Part shown: positions 22,488 to 33,092 of the stretch, piece by piece
How the letters are laid out: each line of letters opens with the position of its first letter
Position numbering within the stretch: position 1 is the stretch's first letter
Virus record (IMG/VR): IMGVR_UViG_3300033073_001332
Coordinates: 155,554 to 219,553 of that record
From: a virus
Taxonomy: Duplodnaviria; Caudoviricetes
DNA length: 64,000 nt
Direction: 5' to 3' (one strand)
Notes under the pieces: generated by a model
What the model saw: only the letters and a program-made list of their open reading frames with translations
Databases searched by the model: none
Told to the model about the DNA's origin: nothing
Program-made: the position numbers and the translations under genes

Positions 22488-24695
22488 ATGTCATACATAA
22501 TTAAAGATACCGCAGCATTAATTAACACATTGGTAACCGATGCTGGAAGAAAAAAAATATCACAAGGTAAATTTGATATTTCATACTTCCAAGTTGGTGA
22601 TAGTGAAGTTTGCTACAATTGTGTAAACAATTTAGACCCGGTTAATTTAAATGTATTGATGCCACAATATAATACACAAAACTTAGCTCCCGCTCCACAA
22701 AAAAATAGAATGGAAATAAAGTATCCAATTTATTTGGATTCAACATCGGGAAGCACATATGGAGTACCATTTGATGCGTCATATATAGATAGTGTTTACA
22801 ATAGTGCAGCACCAAGAGGATTCTTTAACCCAAGTACTGGTACACCTTATAATTATAGTGCATATACTACATCAGCATATACAATCAATCCTAATTTTGT
22901 TGCTCAAAATAGTAGTATCACTTCAGGGACTACTTTAACAATATCAGGCACATCATTGGCTCCTTCAGTATCGGGAACCGTAACACCGGGAATGTTTATG
23001 ACATTATTTACTAATGGACAAATATCACCAGTACAAAATGCGGGACCACTATTCACCTATTTAGTTGTTGGTGTGACAGGAAACACGGCAACAGGAGGAA
23101 CCGTTACGATACAAGTAGATAGACAACTACCAAATTTAGGGGTGATGGGATTGACAGGAACATCACAAACTTTATTCTACCCAAGTGGTATGACCGTGTT
23201 ATATGATACGGTAACACCGGCACCTTACTGGGAAAATGATGTTATTAACTTTGAAACGAATTGTGACGTATCCGCAAGAAATGTTAATATATGGAATATG
23301 AATATTCCGTGGACGGAATCACCAGCAGGATTGTTCAGTAACACAAACCAAGATTTTAACTTATTTAAATCAACGGGATATACAGGGTCAAAAGAATATT
23401 TTGGATATGGTACAAACTCAGGTCAAATTGATACTGACTCGACTTACTATTACAACTCATTTGCTGAAAAAATTAATCTATCCCCGTCCGACCAAAAATC
23501 AATTGCGATTGTTCACTACACAAATCAGGCTATTGATAATTTTTATGGTGAAAAATTCGCACAAGAAGAATATGACCCTAACGACCCTGGAGGTACAGGT
23601 CAAGCAAGAAACTTTAGAATTACAATTCCATGGCTAATGTGGCATAAGAATTCAGGTGCAACGGTAGGACAAGAATTTTATACTGACCCATCAGGATTTA
23701 CAAGTCTTAATTTATTTGAACCACATTATATTGAGTCTAAAAAAGACCCTAATTTTAATGACCCTGGTTTAAGATATTATCACCTTTGGGATACTAACCC
23801 AAATACTAATGGATACCCTAACAGAGTAGGTAAAGTATTTCCTGATTATAAAATGATTATTTTTGACGACGATGAAATAGTTGCGGCGTTAAATTATAAA
23901 TCAAATAGGTCTTGGACATTACCGGCTCCAAAATTAGGTTTGATAACACCTAACACTTTTGGTGGAGTATTAGGAGGAACCACAGGTTTATTAACAGGTA
24001 ATTCAGAAACTTTATTCTTAACTTACATATTCACTAATACAGGTTTCACCAATTCACTACATTGTAACTATTATACAACAATAACAGGGAATGACCAAAG
24101 CTTATTACCAGGAGCATCAGATATAATCGTAAGATTTGGAAATGAATTCCCATTCTTAAGAAATACATATACATCACCAAGTGGGTTTACAGCTAATGGT
24201 ATCAAACTTATTGCACAAAAAGTATCAAGTGGAACTACAAGACCATCCGCAACGGCTTGGAAAGAAATTAATGTAATTTCACAACTATCAGCAACTACGG
24301 TCGGCGGTTATTTAACACAATCTGGAATGACAGGAACCACAATCCAATTAACTAAATCTATGTATGACACAGCACCCACATATAGATTAGATAACTACAT
24401 CAACTTACCATCTGTTGGTGATAGTGGATTAACCCTTAATTTCGGCGGTGAATACTTCTTCTTTGGTAATATTCAAACAGATATTCAAGCAACAATCTAT
24501 GTTATGAATTTCTTATGTAACTTAGGTCAAACACAATTCTTCGATTCATCTAACCCAACATGGACTGGTTCCAATCCATATGTAACTGAAGTTGGACTTT
24601 ACAATGCAGATAAAGAACTTATGGTTATATCGAAGATACAATCACCTGAGAAACGTCAGGGAATACAACAGTATCCGATTAAGTTAGATTTTTAA
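22488..24695 (+). CDS. Baseplate/tail-collar fibre-like protein
   Basis: N-terminal LVTDAGRKKI...FQVGDSE and C-terminal VTEVGLYNADKELMVISK resemble P2 gpH N-terminal/DUF3751 motifs. Confidence 0.55.
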   Translation: MSYIIKDTAALINTLVTDAGRKKISQGKFDISYFQVGDSEVCYNCVNNLDPVNLNVLMPQYNTQNLAPAPQKNRMEIKYPIYLDSTSGSTYGVPFDASYIDSVYNSAAPRGFFNPSTGTPYNYSAYTTSAYTINPNFVAQNSSITSGTTLTISGTSLAPSVSGTVTPGMFMTLFTNGQISPVQNAGPLFTYLVVGVTGNTATGGTVTIQVDRQLPNLGVMGLTGTSQTLFYPSGMTVLYDTVTPAPYWENDVINFETNCDVSARNVNIWNMNIPWTESPAGLFSNTNQDFNLFKSTGYTGSKEYFGYGTNSGQIDTDSTYYYNSFAEKINLSPSDQKSIAIVHYTNQAIDNFYGEKFAQEEYDPNDPGGTGQARNFRITIPWLMWHKNSGATVGQEFYTDPSGFTSLNLFEPHYIESKKDPNFNDPGLRYYHLWDTNPNTNGYPNRVGKVFPDYKMIIFDDDEIVAALNYKSNRSWTLPAPKLGLITPNTFGGVLGGTTGLLTGNSETLFLTYIFTNTGFTNSLHCNYYTTITGNDQSLLPGASDIIVRFGNEFPFLRNTYTSPSGFTANGIKLIAQKVSSGTTRPSATAWKEINVISQLSATTVGGYLTQSGMTGTTIQLTKSMYDTAPTYRLDNYINLPSVGDSGLTLNFGGEYFFFGNIQTDIQATIYVMNFLCNLGQTQFFDSSNPTWTGSNPYVTEVGLYNADKELMVISKIQSPEKRQGIQQYPIKLDF

Positions 24696-24701
24696 TCTTT
24701 T

Positions 24702-25307
24702 ATGAGCGAAAAACATGATTTAAAGAACTCACCGAAAGTTCTTGGATTAGACATTTCCACCAAAACTATTGGGTGGAGTTTGTTTGATATCCAAACACAA
24801 GAATTGTTAGAATTAACACACTTTTCACCTGTTATTAAACCTAAACCTGAAGATAAAATCGAAGAATTGATTTTAAAGGTAGTTGGGTTTGAAGAAAAAT
24901 TAAGAGGGTATCAAAATTTAGGGATTGCTAAAGTTGTTATCGAAGAACCATTATTGAACTCAAATAATGTTTGGACGGTTGGAACCCTATTGAGATACAA
25001 CTCAATGATTACAAAATCAATCTATGATATTTTAGGAATTGTGCCAAACTACATTTCAACATATAACTCAAGAAAATTTGCTTGGCCAGACTTGATTCAA
25101 AAAAATGACAAGGATAAATATGTTTTATTTGGAGGACTACCAAAAGATATCGATAAAAAAGAACTCATTTGGAAACGAGTATCTACAAAGGAACCACAAA
25201 TCACTTGGCACTACACCAAAAACAATACTTTGAAAAAAGAATGTTTTGATATGGCCGACTCTTATACTTGTGTTCTTGGTTATATGAAAGAACAAAAGAT
25301 TTGGTAA
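24702..25307 (+). CDS. ruvC: RuvC-like Holliday junction resolvase
   Basis: VLGLDIS, VVIEEP, FDMADS acidic RNase H-fold motifs. Confidence 0.75.
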   Translation: MSEKHDLKNSPKVLGLDISTKTIGWSLFDIQTQELLELTHFSPVIKPKPEDKIEELILKVVGFEEKLRGYQNLGIAKVVIEEPLLNSNNVWTVGTLLRYNSMITKSIYDILGIVPNYISTYNSRKFAWPDLIQKNDKDKYVLFGGLPKDIDKKELIWKRVSTKEPQITWHYTKNNTLKKECFDMADSYTCVLGYMKEQKIW

Positions 25308-25346
25308 CTTTTTAGTATATTAATGTATTTATAATAAAAAAATATT

Positions 25347-25802
25347 ATGAAGAAAGTAATAAGATTGACTGAAACCGAATTAACTAATATAGTTAAAAGA
25401 ATTGTCAATGAAAGCACAAATATGGCTGCGGAAGTTGCTATAGAAAATTGTGACGAAAACGACGATATGGCGATGGAAAGATGTGTTGACAATTTGTTTG
25501 CAGATATGACCGAAGAAGATGCTGAAAACTACATTATGGAATTATCAAGAAGAAAACCAAAATGGTTAAGAAAATTAGCTCGATGGTTTAGAAAAACAGG
25601 TAGAAAAATCAAAAGAGAAGTTAGAAGAATGGATAAGAAAGATAAAGTTTCGGCTGTAGGTGGTTTAGTTACATTTGCGGTATTAGGAACTTTATTTATG
25701 AAACATGTTAGAGAAATTACTGACAAGATACATGATACGATTGGAACACAAAATAGTTTCAATGAAACAGACATGAGACGCATACTTAAAAGAATTATTT
25801 AA
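25347..25802 (+). CDS. Hypothetical protein with N-terminal leader motif and a hydrophobic segment
   Basis: MKKVIRLTETELTNIVKRIVNE; TATTTATA at 25326. Confidence 0.6.
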   Translation: MKKVIRLTETELTNIVKRIVNESTNMAAEVAIENCDENDDMAMERCVDNLFADMTEEDAENYIMELSRRKPKWLRKLARWFRKTGRKIKREVRRMDKKDKVSAVGGLVTFAVLGTLFMKHVREITDKIHDTIGTQNSFNETDMRRILKRII

Positions 25803-25807
25803 TAATC

Positions 25808-25835
25808 AAAACCCACCATCAAAGGTGGGTTTTTT
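25808..25835 (+). terminator. Rho-independent terminator
   Basis: aaaaCCCACC-atcaaa-GGTGGGtttttt. Confidence 0.8.
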
Positions 25836-25874
25836 GTTAATTGACATTCCCCTTATTATTCTTATCTTTTAGGG

Positions 25875-26792
25875 GTGGAAGCGGAAGAACTAATCATAGA
25901 CCTTATTACTAATATTTTTGGGGAACCAAAAATGGTAAATGAAATCAGAGGACAAATATCTGTTGATTGTCCCGTCTGCTCATATGAAATAAAAGGTAGA
26001 GATAAACCTGATGGTAAAGGTAACCTTGAAATTAATTACCAACAACACGTTTATAAGTGTTGGGCATGTGCTGAAACACACGGAACTCACGGACATTTAG
26101 GTAAATTAATAGATAAGTATGGTGGGAAAAAAGATAAGAAAATCTACAAGTTAATTAGACCTGATGAGTTTGAAAAGAAAGAAAAAGTTTATAAAAAACT
26201 AGAACTTCCAAAAGAATATAAAAAGTTTGATGAGATACATCCTCTACATATACCAAGAAAAGAAGCGTTAAACTATCTTAAAAAAAGAGGTATAACGGAT
26301 GAGATAATTGAAAAATACCAAATTGGTATTTGTTTGGAAGGCGAATATGCTGGAAGAATTATTGTCCCATCATTTAACAAGAAAGGAGAACTAAACTTTT
26401 TTGTATCAAGGTCTTGGAACCCACGAAGTAAATTGAAATACAAAAATCCCGAAGCATCAAAAGACTTTCTAATCTTCAACGAGAGTTTGATTGATTGGAA
26501 AAAAGACATATACCTTGTTGAAGGTGTATTTGATAGTTTCTTTTTAGATAACTCAATATGTTTGTTAGGTAAATTTTTAACAGACAACCTGTGGGAAAAA
26601 TTATACTCAAAGGCAAAAAAGAATATTATAGTTTGTTTGGATGGTGATGCTTACACGGATGCCAAAAACTTGTATGATAAATTAAATGGTGGTACACTTT
26701 ATAATAGAGTAAAGTTGGTAAAACTACCAAAAGATAAAGATGTATGTGACCTTAAAGGTGACATCGAAAAATATTACGTAGAATTCAAATGA
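25875..26792 (+). CDS. dnaG: DNA primase (Zn-binding + TOPRIM)
   Basis: CPVC...CWAC zinc domain; YLKKRGI, GRIIVP, LVEGVFD, CLDGD; GTG start. Confidence 0.85.
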   Translation: MEAEELIIDLITNIFGEPKMVNEIRGQISVDCPVCSYEIKGRDKPDGKGNLEINYQQHVYKCWACAETHGTHGHLGKLIDKYGGKKDKKIYKLIRPDEFEKKEKVYKKLELPKEYKKFDEIHPLHIPRKEALNYLKKRGITDEIIEKYQIGICLEGEYAGRIIVPSFNKKGELNFFVSRSWNPRSKLKYKNPEASKDFLIFNESLIDWKKDIYLVEGVFDSFFLDNSICLLGKFLTDNLWEKLYSKAKKNIIVCLDGDAYTDAKNLYDKLNGGTLYNRVKLVKLPKDKDVCDLKGDIEKYYVEFK

Positions 26793-27658
26793 TAGATTTA
26801 ATAGAAGTTGCAAAGGAAATAAGAGAAATCATAACACAAAAACAAGAAGAATTTCAATTAACGTTTGAAGAGGATAAGCATAGGTATACTATGTTAGACG
26901 TCAATGGTGAAGTAAGAGACGATTTCCCATCTGTATCAAAAGTAATGAAGTTGTTTTATGATGAGTTTCCGACAGAAGAAGCCGCAAGAAAGAAAGCAAA
27001 AGGTGACCCATATTTGATGCACACTTATTTAGAAGAGTGGAAACAAAGTGGACTGATATCAACAAATATGGGAAGTAGAGTTCACTATGAACTTGAATTA
27101 GAGACCATAAACAAATTTAAGTTAGATAAAGAAGTTCGACAACCACTTTTTGAATGTGATTTGGGACTTATAATGAAAGGTGATAGAATGATTAAAGGTG
27201 GTAAGAAGTTTTTATCACTTATGGAAGAAAGAGGTGCGGTGTTACTTGATACTGAGATTGTCTTAGGTCATCCTGAACTTGGATACACAGGACAACCCGA
27301 TAAGGTATGGTTAATGTTTAATAAATTGAAAACCGGATTTGGGATTGTTATTACCGATTGGAAAACAAACAAAGAAAAAAACATGGAGGTTAATGACTAC
27401 ACAAAACCAATGAAAAAACCATTTGAAAACCTTCCTAACAACGCTCTCGGTCACTATAATACCCAATTACCTTTTTATGGTAAACTACTCTTAAAAATGT
27501 TGGAAGGTACTAAATACGAAAACGTACCTTTACTTGGAGGGGTAATTGTTCACTTAACAGAAGACACAGAGTTCAAAGAGTACCGTATACCAAGAGATGT
27601 GGTTGATACGATATTAAAAATGGATATGAGTCAGTATTTGACTAAATTGAATAAATAA
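26789..27658 (+). CDS. PD-(D/E)XK exonuclease
   Basis: GSRVH, TE, GQPD, ITDWKT, QLPFY motifs. Confidence 0.75.
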   Translation: MIDLIEVAKEIREIITQKQEEFQLTFEEDKHRYTMLDVNGEVRDDFPSVSKVMKLFYDEFPTEEAARKKAKGDPYLMHTYLEEWKQSGLISTNMGSRVHYELELETINKFKLDKEVRQPLFECDLGLIMKGDRMIKGGKKFLSLMEERGAVLLDTEIVLGHPELGYTGQPDKVWLMFNKLKTGFGIVITDWKTNKEKNMEVNDYTKPMKKPFENLPNNALGHYNTQLPFYGKLLLKMLEGTKYENVPLLGGVIVHLTEDTEFKEYRIPRDVVDTILKMDMSQYLTKLNK

Positions 27659-27671
27659 ATTATATTATAAC

Positions 27672-27764
27672 ATGGAAACTACAATCACACCTACTTGGTA
27701 CACAACTACAAGTTGGGACCAAGAATTACCATTCAAAATAAAAATAAATTATATCATAAAATGA
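27672..27764 (+). CDS. 30-aa peptide METTITPTWYTTTSWDQELPFKIKINYIIK
   Basis: Starts just after TTGAC-N18-TATATT; ATGA overlap with next gene; not in ORF track. Confidence 0.45.
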   Translation: METTITPTWYTTTSWDQELPFKIKINYIIK

Positions 27765-27979
27765 GCGACGAAATTATACAACCAAGAATTAACTTGAAAG
27801 AACAACCAACCATTGTATGTGGTGATTGCGGAGGATTGTTCTTCAAAGAAGTTACTATGTTAAAAAAAGTATCTAAAATTTTAACAGGTGGGTCTGAAGA
27901 CACAATCGTACCATTTCCGACGTACATGTGTAATAAATGCGGTCACGTTAATGAAGAATTTCAATTATTTGATAACTAA
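27761..27979 (+). CDS. Small zinc-ribbon protein
   Basis: CGDC...CNKC; likely start ATG 27761. Confidence 0.65.
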   Translation: MSDEIIQPRINLKEQPTIVCGDCGGLFFKEVTMLKKVSKILTGGSEDTIVPFPTYMCNKCGHVNEEFQLFDN

Positions 27980-28125
27980 TGGAATTAGGTAAAATGACTA
28001 TAAGCGAAGCGTACCCATACTTAAAGAGTATTGCATTGGCCTATGGTCTAAAATTAAACAGAGCAAAAGATTTCAAGTTTGCTAGAATAGTTTTAGCAAA
28101 CCTTTATTGTAGAGAATTAGTATGA
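27979..28125 (+). CDS. 48-aa hypothetical protein
   Basis: Fills gap with TAATG and ATGA overlaps at the two ends. Confidence 0.6.
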   Translation: MELGKMTISEAYPYLKSIALAYGLKLNRAKDFKFARIVLANLYCRELV

Positions 28126-28901
28126 TTAAAAAACTTATACACTTTTCAGATTTACACATCCGTCTATTCAAAGACCACGACTTGTATAAATCTATTTTAG
28201 AAGAAGCCATTAACCAATGGAGAGAAATAAACCCGGATAGAATTATTTTTACCGGTGACCTTGTTCATTCAAAAAATCAAATGACACCCGAACTTATTGA
28301 GATTGTTGCTTGGATTTTAACCGAATGTTCATTTATTGCTAAAACCATTATTATACCTGGTAACCACGACTTTTTGGTAAACAATACCGAAAGATTAGAT
28401 GCACTTACTCCTATTATTAATTCTTTGAGGAATGAGGATATTGTGTACTACCGAGATAGAGGTGTGTATGAGGATGAGAACATCAGTTGGTGCGTTTACT
28501 CACAATATCAAGGAAACATTCCACCTGACATTACTGAATCAAAAGGAAAAAGAATTGGATTGTTTCACGGACCAATTCAAGGAATGAAAACAGATTTAGG
28601 TTTTGACTTTGGTGAGGAGGCGTATGATGTTGAAAAGTTTGATGGTCTTGAAGCTGTTTTATGTGGAGATATTCACAAACGTCAGGAGTTCAAATTCAAA
28701 ACAGGTAAAGGATATATGATTGGTAGTCCAATCCAACAAAATATAGGTGAGAGTATCCAAAGACATGGATATGGAATCTATGATGTTGAAACAAAACAAT
28801 ATGACTATGTTGATTTGTTTAACCCAAAACCTTTTTTGAAGTTTTCCATAAAGTCTTTTGAAGATATTGAAAATGGAACAGAAAAACTCCAAAACTTTTA
28901 A
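28122..28901 (+). CDS. sbcD: SbcD/Mre11-like metallophosphoesterase
   Basis: DLH, GD, GNHD, FHG, GDIH motifs. Confidence 0.85.
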   Translation: MIKKLIHFSDLHIRLFKDHDLYKSILEEAINQWREINPDRIIFTGDLVHSKNQMTPELIEIVAWILTECSFIAKTIIIPGNHDFLVNNTERLDALTPIINSLRNEDIVYYRDRGVYEDENISWCVYSQYQGNIPPDITESKGKRIGLFHGPIQGMKTDLGFDFGEEAYDVEKFDGLEAVLCGDIHKRQEFKFKTGKGYMIGSPIQQNIGESIQRHGYGIYDVETKQYDYVDLFNPKPFLKFSIKSFEDIENGTEKLQNF

Positions 28902-29556
28902 TGATAAAATAATGCAGACGGTGTCTGCATATTGTTCGGCAAATAATATTGATAATGTTGATGATTTTATCTACAAATGTTTCAGACAAGGTTTTGATAT
29001 TGAAAAGTATGGTTTTTTAGGAAAAACACTTAATGAAGGTGAAAAAGAAGTAATAAAGGAGGTAATTGTGGAAAAACGGGTAGAAGTTCCCGTTGAAGTA
29101 ATTAAGGAAATAGAAAAAATAGTTGAGGTTCCTGTTGAAGTAGTCAAAGAAATACCGGTAGAAAAAATTGTGATTCAAGAGGTAATTAAAGAAGTTCCTG
29201 TTGAAAGGGTTATTGAAAAAGAAATCTATATGACCGACGACACTCAAGTAAATGAGTTGTTGTTAAAAATACAACAGATGGAACAAGAAATTTATAATAA
29301 AACTACCGAAATCGATACAATTAGACAAGAATTTTCCACTAAAACACAAGAAATGGAAAATAATTTCCAAAATACGGACAACAACAAACTTCAAATGTTA
29401 CAACAGACTATCACAAATTTAAATGTTGAGATAAGAGAGTTGAAAACAAAAAACAAAGAATTAGAAAATAAATTGTTAGAACAACCAAAGGAAAGTGATT
29501 TCACACGAGCACGTTTTCATGGAAGTTCTAACCTAAACGATGGATTATATAAATAA
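28873..29556 (+). CDS. Coiled-coil protein with VEVPVE repeats
   Basis: VEVPVEVIKEIEKIVEVPVEVVKEIPVEK repeats. Confidence 0.65.
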   Translation: MEQKNSKTFNDKIMQTVSAYCSANNIDNVDDFIYKCFRQGFDIEKYGFLGKTLNEGEKEVIKEVIVEKRVEVPVEVIKEIEKIVEVPVEVVKEIPVEKIVIQEVIKEVPVERVIEKEIYMTDDTQVNELLLKIQQMEQEIYNKTTEIDTIRQEFSTKTQEMENNFQNTDNNKLQMLQQTITNLNVEIRELKTKNKELENKLLEQPKESDFTRARFHGSSNLNDGLYK

Positions 29557-29558
29557 CT

Positions 29559-29906
29559 ATGAATCTTTTAATGTGGGCTTTCGTCGCCTATGGAATGACG
29601 ACAATTTTAGTGTATGGTTCGATATTTAACGGACTAAGAACTGGTATTCATAAATGGGGTAATAACAAATACGCACCTTTCAACTTTTTAGGTAAGTTTT
29701 TATCGGGTCTTATTTCTTGTATGTTATGTACAGGAACATGGGTAGGGTTCTTCTTATCTTTAGCTTACTTCTCACCAAATGTAGAATATGTTGGACTAAA
29801 TAAAATTTTATCCGTATTCTTTGATGGTATGTTAAGTGCTGGTTTTGTATGGGCAATTAACGGAATCGTTGAATGGTTTGAAGAAAATAGACCAAATAAT
29901 AAATAA
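29559..29906 (+). CDS. Membrane protein with CxxC
   Basis: Three hydrophobic segments; CMLCTGTWVG. Confidence 0.65.
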   Translation: MNLLMWAFVAYGMTTILVYGSIFNGLRTGIHKWGNNKYAPFNFLGKFLSGLISCMLCTGTWVGFFLSLAYFSPNVEYVGLNKILSVFFDGMLSAGFVWAINGIVEWFEENRPNNK

Positions 29907-29923
29907 CAATTAATAATATAACA

Positions 29924-30169
29924 ATGGGTAAAGCAGCAAAAGCACACAGAGAAAAAGTTTTGAAAAGAAACCGTAGAATGCAACATGAGAAAAACAAAAT
30001 CTCAAAAGAATGGAATGAAGCCATGAAAGAACAAATGGATAAATTGAAAGAGGAGTTTGCAAAAATGTCAGCAGAAACTGAAAACAACATAACAACAGAA
30101 ACAACAGATGAAGTTGAAGAAACTACCGTGGAAGAACAACAATCAACTGAACCTGTTTCAGCCAACTAA
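29924..30169 (+). CDS. Small protein, basic N-terminus and acidic C-terminus
   Basis: 81-aa ORF. Confidence 0.6.
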   Translation: MGKAAKAHREKVLKRNRRMQHEKNKISKEWNEAMKEQMDKLKEEFAKMSAETENNITTETTDEVEETTVEEQQSTEPVSAN

Positions 30170-32519
30170 AACATACAATTACGATATAATGAATAAAGAC
30201 CTTGATTTTTCAAAGTTTAATAACCCTTCTATTCAAGTAGTTTGGGAAGACTTACCTGAAAACTTTACACAAGACAAAATAAAGTCGGTTAAACATTACT
30301 TTTCCAAAAAGTACAATACGACCAATGTAAACGTTTTAACGAAGGCAAAAGTCACCAACACAGAAGAGAACCAAAGTATCGATGTGTCGATGAATATCAC
30401 CGATACAAACTACCAGTTGGGGTTAATTAAACAATATTTGGAAACAAAAGGTTATAATGACCACTTGGAGTCAGTCTTATCTATTAACCGTATGGTTGAA
30501 AATAAGATTGCAGAAAAACAAGAAGAAACAGCTCAGTTCAAAAAGTGGTACATTAAAAACATCGAGTTCTCAAATTTCCTTTCTTATGGTGAAAACCAAA
30601 GATTGGATTTTGAGAAACTTAATGGTATTGTGGTTGTAGAATCAGACCCACCAAACTTTGGAGGTAAAACCGTATTATCAGTTGACTTATTAATGTTCTT
30701 GTTCTTTAACGAAACAACAAAGACAACAAAAGCTGAAGAGATATTCAATCGTTTTAGCGATAAGAATAAAGTTCATGTCAAAGGTGAAGTGCAAATCGAT
30801 GGTGAAGATTATATCATAGTAAGAACTATCGAAAGAAAGTTATCTAAAAAAGGTGAGTGGAATGTAAAAACTGAATTGGACTTCTTCAAAAAGTTGTCTG
30901 ATGGTAGTCTACAAAACTTTACTGGTGAACAAAGAAGAGAAACAGAAGCGTTCATCAAGTCATCAATCGGAACAAAAGAAGACTTCTTAATGACCATTCT
31001 TACAACGGCATCAAACCTTGAAGAGTTGTTGGAAGCAAAACCAACTGCTAGAGGTCAGGTTCTTTCAAGATTTATGGGATTGGAGTTTTTGAAAACAAAA
31101 GAGGAGATTGCAAAAGAAATCTATTCTGAATTTTCAAAATCCAAGATGTCAAACATCTACTCTTCACAACAATTAAAAGATGATATTGAAACTCACGAAA
31201 ATTCAATCAAAACTAATTTAGAACAGATTGAAGAAAGTAAGAAGGAGTTATTGAATGTAGAAGAATCAATTCAAAAAGGTAAAACTTATCGTGATGATAT
31301 GTTAAAGAAAAAACATACAAACATTGACCACGAGATTAGTTTATTAAATCCAACAAAGACACAAGAAGAAATCAACACAATTGATTTTGAAAAGAAAGGT
31401 TTGATTTCTAAAATCAACGAATTAAAAGTTGTTGAGCCAAGTGAATTTTATAATGAAGAAACTCATGATAAAATTAAAGAAGAAATCAATGAACTTTACA
31501 AAGAGATAGTTAAGATTGATACTGAAATATCATCAATCAACAAATTGAAGTCATCTGTTGAAGGTGGAATCAAATGTGAACATTGTGGTATTGAGTTAAT
31601 GAACGCAGCAATTACGAATGCTAAGATTGCTGAACTTGATGGATATATCCGTCACAAACAGACAAATGAAGCAGCAATGACGGTTTTATCCCGCACAGAA
31701 GAAGGTTTTGTTCAGTTGAAAAAAGAGTTTGATGAGTATGAAAAAAACAAACTAATCAAAGAAAAGTATGAAGTTAGTATTGAAAGTTGTGATTTGAAAA
31801 TTACTTCTTTGAAAGATAAAATCAAAAGGTGGGAGGAAATCCAAGACAAAATCAAAGAAAACCAAAGTATTGATTCAATGTTAATCAAAGCTGATTTGAG
31901 ATTGGATGAACTTGATAATCAAAAAAATAGAATCAATACCCTTATTTCTAATAATGAGTTTACCATTAAGTCTTTAGAGGAAAAGATTGAAAACAACAAA
32001 AAAACTATCATCAAAATCCAAGAAGAGGAAGAGAAAGAAAAAATTTATAAGATATACTTAGAACTTTTCGGTAAGAACGGTATTTCTAAAATCATAATGA
32101 AAACTATGATGCCTCTTATCAATTCAGAACTCCAACGATTGATGGAAGATAGTTCATACTTTAAATTGGAAATAAGAATTTCGGACAAAAACGAAGTTGA
32201 GTTTGTCATGATTGATAATGGAACTGGTGTTGAAAAACTGATGGTTTCTGGTTCGGGTTATGAGCGTAGTATTGCGGCACTTGCATTACGTTCAGTATTA
32301 AGTAAGATATGTAGTTTACCAAAACCAAACGTGATTGTATTCGATGAGATATTTGGCAAAATTAGTAATGACAACTTGGAAATGGTTTCCGAATTCTTTA
32401 TCAAAATCAAAGAATATTTTGACAAGATTTTCGTTATAACTCACTCACCACTTGTTTCTCAATGGGCTGATTGTGTTGTGAAAATAAAAAAAGAAAATAA
32501 TGTGTCAAAAGTTTTGTAA
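30108..32519 (+). CDS. sbcC: SbcC/Rad50-like ABC ATPase (start uncertain, possibly 30189)
   Basis: NFLSYG, Walker A NFGGKT, coiled coil with CEHC zinc hook, SGSGYE signature, IVFDE Walker B, ITH. Confidence 0.9.
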   Translation: MKLKKLPWKNNNQLNLFQPTKTYNYDIMNKDLDFSKFNNPSIQVVWEDLPENFTQDKIKSVKHYFSKKYNTTNVNVLTKAKVTNTEENQSIDVSMNITDTNYQLGLIKQYLETKGYNDHLESVLSINRMVENKIAEKQEETAQFKKWYIKNIEFSNFLSYGENQRLDFEKLNGIVVVESDPPNFGGKTVLSVDLLMFLFFNETTKTTKAEEIFNRFSDKNKVHVKGEVQIDGEDYIIVRTIERKLSKKGEWNVKTELDFFKKLSDGSLQNFTGEQRRETEAFIKSSIGTKEDFLMTILTTASNLEELLEAKPTARGQVLSRFMGLEFLKTKEEIAKEIYSEFSKSKMSNIYSSQQLKDDIETHENSIKTNLEQIEESKKELLNVEESIQKGKTYRDDMLKKKHTNIDHEISLLNPTKTQEEINTIDFEKKGLISKINELKVVEPSEFYNEETHDKIKEEINELYKEIVKIDTEISSINKLKSSVEGGIKCEHCGIELMNAAITNAKIAELDGYIRHKQTNEAAMTVLSRTEEGFVQLKKEFDEYEKNKLIKEKYEVSIESCDLKITSLKDKIKRWEEIQDKIKENQSIDSMLIKADLRLDELDNQKNRINTLISNNEFTIKSLEEKIENNKKTIIKIQEEEEKEKIYKIYLELFGKNGISKIIMKTMMPLINSELQRLMEDSSYFKLEIRISDKNEVEFVMIDNGTGVEKLMVSGSGYERSIAALALRSVLSKICSLPKPNVIVFDEIFGKISNDNLEMVSEFFIKIKEYFDKIFVITHSPLVSQWADCVVKIKKENNVSKVL

Positions 32520-32558
32520 AAACAATTAATTTTTGTATATTAGCAGTAAATTGTTAAT

Positions 32559-33083
32559 ATGAACCTAAATTATTCAAAAAAGGGTGTAACATTTGCACCC
32601 TTTTCTACGTATACCATGTCAGATGGTACGATGGTTGCGGCATATCAAGGAAGTCGTGGAGACAACCCCGACCTTGATTTTATCGTCAAGTATAAAGAAC
32701 AATCAAAACGCTTACGAACACCAAGTCACACTCACTGGATTACAGACCTATTGGTTAAATGTGAATATAATAAAGAACTTGTTGGTACGTTTGTAAAAAA
32801 AGTATTATCTTTGTACGACAGAACAAATCCATTTAGTAGTGTTGAAGAAAGAAACAATTACAAACTAAAGTTCTACCAAGAAGAACTATCTGAGTTTGAA
32901 TTGTTAAATAATCACGGATACTATAAAATGGACGTATTGGTTGCATTTATCGAACTATTTACCATCTGCGAAAAACAAACAAAAGATGCCTATATGTTCA
33001 AAACACTACTTGGTTTAGTGTTAGAATATTGTGAAGGAAAAAAGGATTTTTACCAAATCGTGTCATATTCAAAACGTGTTTAA
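32559..33083 (+). CDS. Hypothetical protein
   Basis: 174-aa ORF. Confidence 0.6.
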   Translation: MNLNYSKKGVTFAPFSTYTMSDGTMVAAYQGSRGDNPDLDFIVKYKEQSKRLRTPSHTHWITDLLVKCEYNKELVGTFVKKVLSLYDRTNPFSSVEERNNYKLKFYQEELSEFELLNNHGYYKMDVLVAFIELFTICEKQTKDAYMFKTLLGLVLEYCEGKKDFYQIVSYSKRV

Positions 33084-33092
33084 AAGATATTT

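Noticed and set aside
26789-27658. Cas4
   Set aside because: PD-(D/E)XK motifs present but the four Fe-S cysteines are absent
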